64,000 bases of DNA, from contig NW_026889805.1 in NCBI RefSeq assembly GCF_033153115.1, positions 13,082,001 to 13,146,000 of the forward strand, read 5' to 3'. How positions within the stretch are numbered: position 1 is the stretch's first letter; each line of letters begins with the position of its first letter. Shown here piece by piece: positions 1 through 13,096 of the stretch. Both the position numbers and the translations under genes were made by a program. The notes beneath the pieces are model-generated. The model saw only the letters and a list, made by a program, of their open reading frames with translations, did no database searches and was not told the origin of the DNA. This DNA comes from Saccostrea echinata (Eukaryota).

Positions 1-2142
1 CAGGATTTTTATATGTTCTATTTTTTAAGCTAAGCTGGTATCAAAGTTTATTAATTTCTGTAGAAGGACAGGGTTACTTGTAATGGTTGACAACTTTGAA
101 CAAAAGTTAGTAAAATATTACTTTAGAATCTGATCCCATTATTTCTCTTGTTGCCATTCCATTCATTGTTGTTGATCAATTGTCTTCAATGACAGAGATA
201 AAAAAAATAATATTAAGAATATCCACACATCGCTAAATGGACATCGACGTTTCCTGTTTAAGAAATCGAGGCATCAGCAGGGCCTAAATTACAAACAATT
301 ACACATGTATCTGCGAAGGCCTTTTTTAAAATTCTTTCATTTATTCGGGTTGGATATAGATTTGGGTTGGGTATAGAACCTTTAACTTTTTTGAATAAGA
401 TTTTATCTCTCCATTCAGTGAAATAGAACAGTGTTACTTTTGGAACAATTAAACGAGCTAACGCCCTAAGTTTTTTGAAACTCTGTCTTTTTTTTTCATC
501 TGCACGTAACCAATATACGACCCATTTTTCGGTGTTTTACGATTTATTTTCTTGCTCAATAATAGTTTCACACAAAATTATAAACTTCTTCGCTGTTTTA
601 TCATTCTATGCCGATTTTTTTTTTTTTTTTTTTTTTTTTTACAATTTGTGTTGTTATAATTTATTTAAACGCACAATGCAGTTTAAAATATGCGAATAAA
701 AGTAGATTGTAAATATTTATTATTCTTATTTTCCAATGCTTTTTCGAAGGAATGATTTCATGTAAAGTTTTAAAAGTAGTATCACAGTGAAAAATTCACT
801 GTTCAAGAAAGAACTTTATTTTGGATTTTACTTTTCAATTTTTAAGTTGTGTCATATTTTATTTCTCACGATATGTTCGCGAATCTAATTGTTTAATTGA
901 CCAGTGACACTTTTCGGACTCTTGATCTGTTGTTACAAAGAGACAGAGTGCTATGTCTCAAGAACTGTTAATCTCTAAAAACAACACTGTGTAATTATCT
1001 GTTTTTTATTTCCAAACATCAAAGCGTCATTGAGTTTATTTAATTAATCCATACCTGTGAAACTTTCACTCATTTTACTAAATGTCAACACCTCTCATTT
1101 ATTTACTCATTATGTACATTCTTATAAATAGTCATGTATAATTTCAATCATTAGTCTGGAATATACGAAGGCCAGTCTCGGCCACGTCCGACTCGTTAGG
1201 ACTCTGAGTCCGGGGCCACTTCGGCCAAATCCGACTCGATCATTTATAATATGTCTGTTTGTTGATTCATGTAAACTGTTGCCATCGTTGAGACTCATCT
1301 AATAAATACGGAATCCTTCATCATTTGTTTTATCTCTGGAATTGCATATTGGTGGACCTTCGGGAATACGGCACACCTATACTTTGTTTTTACCTCACGG
1401 CCACACAGCGCCTCTACCTATACCTTGTACCCTCTACGCCAACATTCCCTCACCCCGTTCGTTCTGCAGACAACGGATGCAGTTCCAGACGAATTCCTAA
1501 GTGCCGTCCAAATCTACACGGTCACAGTAGAATCATACCGTAACTTGCTTGCAAATTTAATTATCTGTAACTTGTTTATACATTAGCTGTATTGCGCAGT
1601 ATTGTAATATGAGAATGTCTAAATGCAGATTATTATCCCAAGGATACATTAAAATCTCATTACCTATATGCTTGTTTTTTATGAGTTGTTAAAATTTTAA
1701 ATTGAGATATAGGAAAAACTGAACGTAAAATTGAAATGCATAATTTACATTATATAAATCTCGTAAATTTGAGTTTACATACATGTAACTCCAATACAAT
1801 TTTGAAAATTCAACTTCATAGAAAAAAGTTATCTTGCAGGGGGAGGGGTGGGGCTATTGTGGATATTTATGACCTACCGAGAGAATTACATATTTATTTT
1901 CAATATTTCAATAATTTATAGCCAGGCCTTCCTTCTCTTTTCTTTATGAACATTTAAAACAGGAAATATACTCTAAAAATATTGCTCAAATTCATATGAA
2001 ATAGAAAAAAAAATCAGTAACTCCTATCATAGGCTTGTACATGTAAAGAACCAAGCTTAATGATACTTTCTAAAATTAATAATTAGACTGCTAGTCAGTC
2101 TTTATGGCACGTTTACATTTGACATGAAAAATCATGAGATAA

Positions 2143-3195
2143 TTATACTTGTTCTTTATTATGTGATATCAGTACATTAATCTCGTCCTCTTGGCATTCA
2201 TCACCACTATACTCTAATACTGTATTAAGGGGAAACGATTTACTATTTTTCATCGTAAATGAAGAATATCCCAAACTCTGCTGACTTATTTTATACGGAG
2301 GTCGTCCTGGACTTTTGGGAGGACGAACAATAGGCACTGAAGTAGGAAAAATTGGTACTTCTATGGTTCTCTCAGAAACATTTGGCACATTTTCACAAAT
2401 ACCGACTTTGGGTAAAAAGAAATCCAGTTCCTCGTTATGTTTTTGTTCCTTATGGTGTTTATTTTCTACCTTATCTCTCTTTCTACAATTTATCACAGAA
2501 CACAGACATAAACTGGAGAAAAAAATCATGATACTGCATGTTATAATCACAGGAATTATCCATTCTTGCTCATATCCGCTATTCTCAAGATCACTGACAG
2601 GAGTTAGAAAATTTTTACAACTTAAGGATGAATTGAGCTGTTCTTTTAAACTACAGAAATTTACATGACCACTTAAGACACAGAGAGTGTAGAACGTTCC
2701 TGGAAGTAAGTGCGGAATTTTCTGAACGGATTCTAATTTTCCAGGGTGAATACTGCACGTACTCTGGCTGTAATTTTGCCAATAATGAATTGTGATGTCA
2801 TCAGTGACGTATTGCACAGAATCTTGAATTGGCTTCAAAGAATTTATTATTACTGTAAACGAAATGGACGACGACGTTATTTTGGACTCCAAAATTGACA
2901 ACTTGCTTTCGCATCGTTGTCCCGCGTAACTTCCTATACACTCACATTTGGCCTTTGCTATGTAGCTTCCATTCTTGGATACTTCATTAATAATCATGCA
3001 TGGACTTGAATGTTCACATTGTAATATATCACAGGGCGATTCTGTTGATACTAGATAAAAAAGATAAACAATCAGTTGACAAATTCAATGAAACTTTTCT
3101 TTCGTATACGATGTTTAATAATACGAACCTGAGGAATGGAGCTTACACATTTGCTGAAACGAGACAATCGTCAAAAAACGAAGTAGTGACTTCAT
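2143..3195 (-). CDS. Type I membrane protein: signal peptide, EGF-like domain, FN3-like domain, TM helix, Pro-rich cytoplasmic tail (~318 aa)
   Basis: Exons 3195-3147 (MKSLLRFLTIVSFQQM, donor gtaag) and 3050-2143 (acceptor ttatctag) join in phase 1. EGF: CDILQCEHSSPC...CECIGSYAGQRC. FN3-like: ITSSSISFT...LLPGTFYTLCV. TM: WIIPVIITCSIMIFFSSLCLCSVI, followed by RKR. A probable 5'UTR exon donor lies near 3933. Confidence 0.85.
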
Positions 3196-4387
3196 TCCAA
3201 GGGAATTCTGTCACCATATTAGTACGTTTTTATTATGCCAATCCACGCGCATAGACAGATACTGGGTCTTCCTAATTTTTTATCTGTAAAGATAGAAAAA
3301 AAAATACGATTTAATGATAATTGCCAATACATAATACTGTTAATTTTGATCAGAATGAAATTCTCCACTGTGTTACTGAACAAGCCCATTATTAATATCT
3401 ACAGACGACCCTTTATAGACCTATGGTAATACAACATATGGCGAGTTGCAGCATTCCTTGAATTATCATTGAAGGTGCCGTTCATATGTATGCTCTTGAC
3501 GTAACATAGTTTTCAATGATTCATCGACGAAAAAAGTTTATTGATTTTAGTTTACACGAGTATTGGGCGATTAATTAGAAACATTTAAACGAACACAAGT
3601 TATATGTAAAGAGTAATTCTCACCTGAAGTGAATTTCCTTCTCACCTGCCTTTTGACAGGTAATAAGATGTGTAACAATCAGCCAGCGTTGATTGCCCCG
3701 TCCTTGATTAACCCTTTACGTGCTGTACGTTTTATGACTAATGTCAATAAGGGAAATACATTCGTCGGTCACCTTACCTGCTCAAAGATAAAAATAGCTG
3801 TAATTCAGGTAAACCTCGCTTGTTTAAATCTTTCTTTTTTAAAACCTAAATTAATACATGCGCAATTATGGAAGGAGTCAGCTCTCAGAATTAGAAAGAA
3901 ATAAATACCAAATGTAGATATTTTTTTCTTACCTGTAGCCTGTTTAGTAGATCCAAATCAATTAAAGGTGTTACAATAAAGGTGTTACAACAGGTGATGA
4001 AGGCTGCTTTGTGTTAGCTCTGTTTACATTACTTTATTCCTCCGATCGATTATGTTTCTACTTCCTTAAACTAATTATTGCTTAAATATCTCCTTCCAAA
4101 CCAGGAAATATTATCGTAATGTTTACTTGTCTTACATATTTATTCAAAATATCTTCTACCACCAGGAAAATTTTAATTTTACACTGTTCAATTTTTCTTT
4201 GAGGTATCTTAATAGAAAAATATGTTCAATCAACGTTGCCAATTACCTTTTTGATATCTTTTTAGTCTTAAGAGAAAAAAAAAGTTTTAAAATTGTTTAT
4301 ATTTTTCTTACGTATGTCATCTTCAATACTTTTGCATCTGTATTGTTTGTTAAGGTATGTCACTCCTGACACTAATGTTTGAAATCA

Positions 4388-4420
<33 letters not shown>

Positions 4421-5157
4421 CGTTTTCTGATCACCCACTGTCCGTCGTCCGTCCGTCTGTAAACTTTTCACATTTTCAACTACTTCTCAAGAACCACTGA
4501 GCCAATTTTAACCAAAATTAGTACAAAGCATCCTTGGGTGAAGGGGAGTTTAAATTGATAAAATGAAGGGCCAAACCCCATACAAGGGGAGATAATCAAG
4601 AAAAGACAGAAATAGTGTGGGGCCATTAAAAAATCTTCTCAAGAACAACTTGGCCAGAAAAGCTGAAACTTATGAAGGAGCATCTTGGGGTAGTGTAAAT
4701 TCTAAATTGTTAAAATCATAACCCCCGGGGGTAGGGTGGGGCCACAATAGGGAATCCAAGTTTTACATTGAAATATTTAGAAAAAATCTTTTAAAATCTT
4801 CTCCCCAAGAACCACTTGGCCAGAAAAGGTGAAACTTATGTGAAAGCATCCATAGGTAGTGTAGATTCTAAATTGTTAAAATCTTGACTCCGGGGATAGG
4901 GCGGGGCCACAATAGGGAATCCAAGTTTTACATTGAAATACATTAGGAAAAATCTTTAAAAATCTTCTTCTCAAGAACCAATGGGCTAGAAATGCTGAAA
5001 CTTATGTATCCTTGGGTAGTGTAATTTCTAAATTGTTAAAATCATGACCCTGGGGTAAGGGTTGGGCCACAAAAGGTATTACAAGGGGGTAAAGTTTGGT
5101 GAAAACCGCAGGGCCAAAGATACTCTGGTGAGCGTTGTGGCCCATCGGCCTCTTGTT
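4388..5157 (+). mobile_element. Non-autonomous Helentron/HINE-like element with ~165-bp internal tandem repeats
   Basis: Starts ttttagctcacctgagctgaaagctcaagtg, followed by a GTCC microsatellite and ~3 units of ~165 bp (4632, 4795, 4961). Ends gtgagcgttgtggcccatcggcctcttgtt. An inverted copy of the same family is at 43717-44797. Confidence 0.8.
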
Positions 5158-5543
5158 AGATATTTACTCATACAGTATAACTAAAAATTGGGGGGGGGGG
5201 GGGTTCAATACATATTACTGAGCAACAGTACGATAAACTTGACCCTTTTGTACTTCAATATTTTATTAGATATTATAATGGCAATGTTTATAATCTTATT
5301 TTGTGTAAAATGGTTTAAATAAAATATTATTTTTAAAAAATGCCAAAGAATGCGTGTAAAATATTGTGTGACCTTTCGCACCAATAAAAATCATATTATG
5401 GATGTTAAAAATCTAAACACTTAATATAATATTTTCTTATATCGAGCTTTTCAAAAATTTAGTCTGAGCGATAAGAGGTATCACTTGTGTATCATGTAAC
5501 TAAAAAAAAAATGAAATAAAAGTTGCCAATGATGTAAAGAATG

Positions 5544-6258
5544 GAGGCATACAAGGAGAGGACAATCGCCCGCTCTGAGAAAAGACGTTTCTCAATTCTA
5601 AAAGTTCATGACAAGTTATATTTTTCACAAATCGCATTGTCAATTCATCTTTTGCACATTTGCTTTCTTTATTTTGTTGAATAATTTATTGCTAAATAAT
5701 TCATTTTTCACTTATGTTTCAAAGGTATGTGAAAAGAAAAAAGCGCATCAGATATGATTCGAACTCTCTCCAGAGTTCACTGTTAGACGCAAGACTGAAC
5801 GTGTTAACCACTACGCTAAGAATTCTTTTTGTTATGTATGTGTGTGTCAGTGTTCTTTAAATAAACGAATCTGTTGACACATACTTTTTTTTCACAAATG
5901 TTTGATTTCATATAGAATGGGTTCAGATTTCACTTTTTTATGAAACATGAAATAGAGTTTACATTTATTATTCCATCATTTAAACAATAATGTAGAATGG
6001 AAACTTGAACCATTCATATCTAAAAATCATTTTTATGGCTCAAATATACTCATTTTCCACTAAATATCCTTAACTGTCAACTTTCAAAAACAATTATCAA
6101 TTAATGAGTCATTCAATAAAATAAATGAATCAACTTTGTTGAAGATAACATTACTGACAACATAATTTTAGAAGAAAAATATAACTTTTCCGTGAACTTT
6201 GAAAATTGAGAAATATATTGTGTCCGAGCGGGGAACTGTCCTCGCCTTGTAGGCCCTT
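5544..6258. mobile_element. MITE with ~85-bp imperfect TIRs and an internal tRNA-like segment
   Basis: Left arm tacaaggagaggacaatcgcccgctctg...tttctcaattctaaaagttca is the inverse of right arm tgaactttgaaaattgagaaa...gagcggggaactgtcctcgccttgta. A/B-box-like motifs on the minus strand at ~5745-5820. Confidence 0.7.
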
Positions 6259-7309
6259 TTTCTTTGGAGATATGGGTCAAATTATACAAAATTCAAGGTA
6301 ACGGCAAAGCTGATTTTATGTTGACTTTTTTCAATATATCTACAATTTGTGGCAGGTTATGTTGAAATACTATATGAAATATATGGAGATAATGAACAGT
6401 ATTCAAGCTCAAAAGTCCATTAAATTTTTTGTAAAATTATATTTGAAACCTACTTTGAACATTAAGTACTCTCAGCATATAATGATGTGAAAATTTCTGT
6501 GTGTAAAAATATGTAGGACCAAAAGTTCCAGCATATTGAATGAATATTGAATAAATCGAACCTGGCATTTTTAATTCAAATATATTATAAAAATTAAATT
6601 GCTATTGATAATTTTAATCAGAGGTTCTGACCAATCTTTTCTCAAATGTTGACGAGTGGCAAACCTTATATATGCACAAACATGACAATGCATCTGTTTG
6701 GTGATGTTATATAAGCGCAGAGAAGGACATCTTACATCTTAAATATAATAAATGGTTCTACCTTTAGAATATATAAGCGATGATATAACTATCTAGGAAT
6801 TTTTTATCATATATTTGTTTGAATCAGACACTTGATCGTTACCAGTACGATAATTTTTTTTTATATCTTTTTACATACTAAGACGGTTTATATTTTTTTC
6901 CACAAGATGCCCTTTTTGATGCTATTACTATGTCACGCTGCCTGTTTCTAATTCATACAGATATGATGAAGAATATATTACGTCACTCCGCTGTCATGTA
7001 AATCAATATTCACTTTGATTAGAAAAAATAATTATAATATTATTTTTTTGTACACATCAACACTAATTTGCATTTGTCGTTGTATACTATGTATGGTATT
7101 TTTATAAGTATAACGTTCAGATAAAAATTCTTGTGACGTATTTAAAAAAACACACAAATAATAACACATTTATAAACAATTTCAGCTTAATTTTCCATCA
7201 TTTTTATTTGATTTAAGTTCAAATTTCCTTTTTTGATAACCAACAAAACTAACAAATATAAGCATCACAGATATATGGGGGTTTGGACGGACAGTATGTT
7301 CTAGTCTCT

Positions 7310-8520
7310 AGCTAGGCCATGGAAGTAGATTAACTATAGATCTAGTAGGGACGATAGAATTTCCTCACTCGCTGGAAGTACACAATGGGATTACCTTGCT
7401 GGTTATAACATAAGCAGGGGCAATAGGATGTCATTGTTAGATAGGCTATGGGAGTAGACATGGGATTACCTAGCTGGTTAAGGCATAAGAAGAGACAATA
7501 GGATATCATTGCTAGCTAGGCCATGGGAGTAGCAATAGAATTACCTAGCTGGTTAATGCATAAGTAGAGACAATAGAATTCCATTGCTAGTTAGGTTAAG
7601 GGCGTAGCAATAGGATTACCTAGCTGGTTAGGGCATAAGTAGAGACAATAGGATTTCATTGCTAGCTAGGTCATGGGAGTAGTAAAAGGATTACCTAGCT
7701 GGTTAAGACATAAGTAGAGACAATAGGATTTCGTTGCTAGCTAGGCCATGGGAGTAGACAATGGGGTAACCTACCTAGGTCATGGGAGTAGAAATAGGAT
7801 TACCTAGCTGGTTAATGCATAAGTAAAGACAATAGGATCTCATTGCTATTTAGGTAATGGGAGTAGCAATAGGATTACCTAGCTGGTTAGGGCATAAGTA
7901 GAGACAAAAGGATTTCATTGCTAGCTAGGCCATGGGAGTAGAAAAAAGGATTACATGGCTGGTAAAGGCATAAGTAGAGACAATAGGATTTCATTGCTAG
8001 CTAGGTCATGGGAGCAGCAATAGGATTACCTTGCTGGTAAAGGCATAATTAGAGACAATAGGATTTCATTGCTAGCTAAATCATGGGAGTAGTAAAAGGA
8101 TTACCTAGACAATTGAATGTCATTGCTATTTAGGCAATGGAAGTAGGAAGAGGATTATCTAGCTGGTTAAAGCATAAATAGAAAAAAAATGGATTTCATT
8201 GCTAACTAGGCCATGGGAGTAGAAAACTGATTACCTAGCTGGTTAAGGCATAAGTAGAGACAATAGGATTTCATTGCTAGCTAGGTCAGGTCATAGGAGT
8301 AGGAATAGAATTACTTTGCTGGTAAAGGCATAATTAGAGAAAATAGGATTTAATTGCTAGTTAGGTCATGGGAGTAGTAATAGGATTACCTAGCCGGTTA
8401 AGGCATAAGTAAAGACAATAGGATTTTATTGCTAACTAGGCCATAAGAGTAGACGAAGAGTTTACCTATCTTGTTAGGGTATAAGAAGGGGAATGCAGTA
8501 GGATTTCCTCTTAGCTAGGC
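7310..8520. repeat. 75-bp tandem repeat built from two related ~37-38-bp subunits
   Basis: Unit ataggattacctagctggttaaggcataagtagagacaataggatttcattgctagctaggtcatgggagtagca; period 75 (e.g. 7612 to 7687); decays at both ends. Confidence 0.9.
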
Positions 8521-8701
8521 CTTGGTTGGGGACTTAAAGGTTTTCTCGCTAGCTGAGATGTATCTAAAGACAATATTATCTTTTGCTTGTTGTGAAGTTG
8601 TGGAAGGGTCCATTGGATCTTCTCGCCTCATGGGTCATGGGTTTGGATGATAGGATCTGGCGAGCTTAACCATGGTTTGGATGATAGGATCTGAGACAAT
8701 G

Positions 8702-11700
8702 CTACACAGGAGTCTGAGAAACGTCATCTGCGGTCACCCAAACCAATCTCTCTGTGGACTTCTCTGTGGAATCGTTCTGGCGATCTTCTAATTCTGAAGA
8801 ATGATAAATGAGTAATAAACATCATTGCTTTTTGCTGTTATAATAGATTTTTTTTATTCATTTAAAAAAAAACTTTCTCATAATTCAGGGAAACTTAAGA
8901 CGAAAAACTAAGTTTACAAATATTGTCATCTGTTCAATTTTACTATTTCCGTTAAATCTTATAACAAGAAAACTAATGAAAGCATTAAAAAAATATTTAT
9001 CAAAATATTAATTCTTTGCTTATAATGTTTAGTTTTGAGGACGACTGAACCACAAATATTGGTTGTTCAGTTTTGATTTTTTGTGCGGGAATACTTTTTT
9101 TTTCTTTTTGGGTCATGAGCTTATATCAGGTGTATTTTTTTTTTTAAATCAGTAAAACCTCTGTACCCGGTGTCTTTTCTTAAAGCTCCCAAAATCACAA
9201 AATGACTTGTTCCAATCTTTTTTACTATTTGATAAACTGTTTATTGTGCGGTTTTCTAAAACGTCTATAACCAATTTAAAGTCTTGTAATATGCTGGAAT
9301 ATATATTGGAGTGATATATATTACCATATGCTAGTAATATTAGGAAGTGACTGTCTTCTTGTTTGCTAATTGCGACTGTTAATGCTGATTTAACGCTCGC
9401 AAACGGATGGCTGCAACCGTCAAATTAGTATTTAATGGTTGTAAATAGCATAGAAGATAACAGTTATTCACCTTATAAAGCAATTTATGCATTTTGTTTG
9501 ATATTTACATCCTAATTATTTTGTTGAATTTGGCTTTTTTATTATATGAAATACCGAAAATATATGCTTGTGTTGGGTATTTCCGTTTTTAAATCGAAAG
9601 CTCTCAATATTGTTGGTGCTCATTCAATAAACATCAATGCATTAGCCAATCAGAATGCAGATTACAAAACAGTTGCATTAGAATAAAGTGTTGGTCGCAG
9701 TGTAACTATGGTCCAACAGAGTCTTTTTTTCTATGACATTTAAATGTTCACTATTTGAAGTCGATATTAACGATTTTAAGCTTCTTTTGATTGAATTCGC
9801 TTTTCCGTAGTTAGGTAAAACTTGTGAATAATTAAGTTCATGGTTTTCGGTAAATTGCTGGTATATTGTTCAGACAACTCATAACCATGAAATTGGTGTC
9901 AAGTAACTTAAAAAAAGTTCTATGCAATTTTTTTCTCGACAACAAGACAAAAATGATATATTTGATATCATTCACATGGTGTTCAAAGTTAGCATTAAAA
10001 TAAGAATGCGCAGGAAATTTAGAATAAAACAGCTCCTGGTGAGAATTGTAATGTTTTCGTCTGTGCTAACGGTAGAATGGCAGAAATATGTGTATCCTTA
10101 AAACTTGTCTCCTTTACTTTTTATTTAAAGTAATAACGCTTCTGGTCCCATATCAGAAATTTAACAGTTTCTCTTGGTTACACTTGGGTTATAGTTAATT
10201 GTTTTGTCATTGAAGACAAATGAGGGACACTCAAAGTAATCACAAATATATACATGTATATCTTAGTGTAGTGCACTTTTGCAGCACCTTTTAAAAAAAT
10301 AATAAAACATAGGTAATCAGAGATTACAGAGATCACCTCGCCTCGACGAATGTTGTCTTTAAGTAAGGCAAAGTCCCACACTAAAGTAATAATCTAGTAG
10401 TGTGCATCCCTAGATGCAATATTTATGCAATTTTGGTTTGATAGGGCTTGCAGTGACCTGGGAATTGACTTATCTAAAAACTTTAAACTAGTCACTCATG
10501 CAGGAAATGTACGTCAAATCCAGCATCTGAAGCAAGTTTGAGAGTGTTCATCCGTTGATGCAAGTTTGGTTCAGAAAGACTTTTTAGTTTCTTGGTAATG
10601 GACCTGTTCTAAAAACCTTAACCTGGTCACTCATCTCGAAAATGTAGGTCAGATTCAGCATCCGAAACAAGTCCAGTAGTGTGCATCCTTAGAAGTATCA
10701 TCCATGCAAGTTTGGTCATCAAAGGGCTTATAGTTACTTGGAAATGAGACCTGCTCTAAAGATTTTAACTTTGTCACTCATCTGGAAAATGTATATCAGA
10801 TCCACCACAGAAGCAAGCCTGGTAATGTATATCCTTAGATGTATCCATGCAATTTTAGTCAATATACGACTTATAGTTACTTAAAAATGAGATCTGCTCC
10901 AGAACCTTTAACCTGATCACTCATTCGAAAAAAGTGGGTCAGATCCAGCATCCCGAGTAAGTCCAGTAGTGTGTATCTTTATATATATGATCCATGCAAG
11001 TTTGGTCATCAAAGGGATTATAGTTACTTGGAAATGAGACCTGTTCATTTAATTTTAACCTGGTCACTCATCTGGAAAATGTAGGTAAAATCCAGCATCC
11101 CAACCAAACCTAGTAGTACGCATCCTTAGATGTATCATCCATGCTAGTTTGGTCAATATAGGGCTTAAAGTTACCTGGAAATGAGACCTGCTCCTTTAGC
11201 TTTAACCTGATCCAAAAACATTAATCTGGTCATTCTTTATCTGAATATGCAGCATCTGAAACCTTGATCGGTACAATGAGAGACACTAGAAGCATCCTTC
11301 ACGCATCTCTGATCAATTTAGGGCATAGAAGTACTTGAAAAGAAATCTGCTCCAAAAACTTTGACCTAGGACGCCGACGACGAGGTATTATATAAGCTCC
11401 CCCAACTTCATTGAGGTGAGCTAAGAAGTAGAATAAACATAATTAATGTTTTCATAAGATCAATAAAACTGTGCAAGTTAATTTTCGAGGTCAAAAAGAC
11501 AAAATTAAACGAATTTAAGAACATCAGACAACATTTATTTTTTGTTATTAAAGCTTTCCTGGTCTTCAGAAGTAAAAGCTTAAACTTGTTCCAAAGATTT
11601 GGGTACTTTATGGAACAATCATGCATCTTTTATCGTTTTACTATGCTGTTTTTGACAGTTAAAGGACAAGATAGGCTACGACCCCTTTTTGGCCCCTGGT

Positions 11701-13007
11701 TTGGGGTGTCTTTTAGAATGTTGCAACAGTTTATCAATGAAAACCTGTTGTCACCCCGACCACAAAATGAGTATTGGTTGTAAGTTATGGGATACACAGA
11801 TGTCACAGGAAGGTCAGAAAATATGTAAATTTCCAAATTGTCTCATTTTTATGCAAATTTTCGTCGATTTTACAGCACATTTTGTTTCAGAAAACATAGA
11901 GCACAAGCTTGCCTATTTACCAGATTTATATATTTCATACACTAGTATCAGATGCATCTTGTGTATAAAAATCTCAGATAGGCAAGCTTGTGCTCTATGT
12001 TTCCTGAAGTGAAAAGTATCTTAAATTTGACGAAATTCCACCAGAATTGAGGAAATTCGGGAAAATGTCTTGCTTCTGCACCCTCTCTTGGCCCCCGTAA
12101 GCTTTGAATCAAAATTAGTGCTGGTTTTAAAACAAGCATCATTTTCAGTTCTTAACAACAAACTTGCCACAGTTTTAACTGTGTACAGATTTTTACATCA
12201 AACAAGGGGCCAGATTCGGCTGTTACCATACCTTGTCCTTTAAACATTCATCATTTTCTATCAGTAAAAATGTTTTTCGTTCATATTAGTACAATGTATC
12301 ACCAAAAAGTTTCATTTTTTCCCTAATAGCTGTTTATGTTTGAAAGGCTTTTGTTCTCACATATAAGCGATAATTACGTGTCGTTTAAAATCGATCAAAG
12401 AGATTTTATCTTTATTGGGACACATACTTCTGTTTCCCACATATGGTCCCTCTATCTTGAAAAGGCAGGATGCTGCGCAAATTTCTATGTCTCGAAAAGA
12501 TTGCAAAATCAAAATCAATACAAAAACTAATGAAATTGTACTCTGATAATAATTTTAAACACCCTATATCTGATTTGTACATTACTATGTCTGAAGGGAG
12601 CAACAAGATTCACCTTTGTTAAGATTATGATAATTACAATTGGCACATGTAGACTACATTTTATTTGTCTATCCTTATGAAACACTTTTGAAAATAATAC
12701 AAATCTGTCTTGTTAAAAATAGACGTTACATATATTTCCTCAAGTCAAAAAAATGTGTTTTATCAGAATATTTTAACATCTAATGATTCATTTTAAAAGA
12801 TTATAACTTTCAATTAGGTTTCTTGCAGAAATTATACCCTGCAGTCAAACCAGAACAGACAAGTAAGCTTCTATGAAAAAGTTGAAGATAACGAACAGTG
12901 ATCTATCTCAAAAAATCTACAACAATACAAATATGTGAACAGGGCATACAACACTGACCCGAAAAATACAGAGGTGGGATCGGGTGTCAACGAGTAAACA
13001 TTTTAAG

Positions 13008-13096
<89 letters not shown>

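Noticed and set aside
122-166. Possible first coding exon of a minus-strand gene (MNGMATREIMGSDSK|gtaat)
   Set aside because: Too short and at the window edge; cannot be supported without downstream exons.
1170-1545. GC-richer island with a short direct repeat (tcggcca...tccgactcg) and a 72-aa ORF
   Set aside because: Probably a transposon remnant; no assignable motif or termini.
2315-2668. Antisense ORFs over real genes (also 26458-26658, 37421-37660, 38826-39170, 51112-51387)
   Set aside because: Shadow frames of coding exons on the opposite strand.
5745-5820. Functional tRNA gene (also 42345-42425 and 20303-20380)
   Set aside because: A/B boxes are present, but I could not fold a proper cloverleaf or acceptor stem, and all three sit inside repeats.
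7310-8520. 75-bp (25-codon) repeat as a repetitive protein exon
   Set aside because: Units are dense in TAG/TAA on both strands, and no ORF of 60 aa or more is present.
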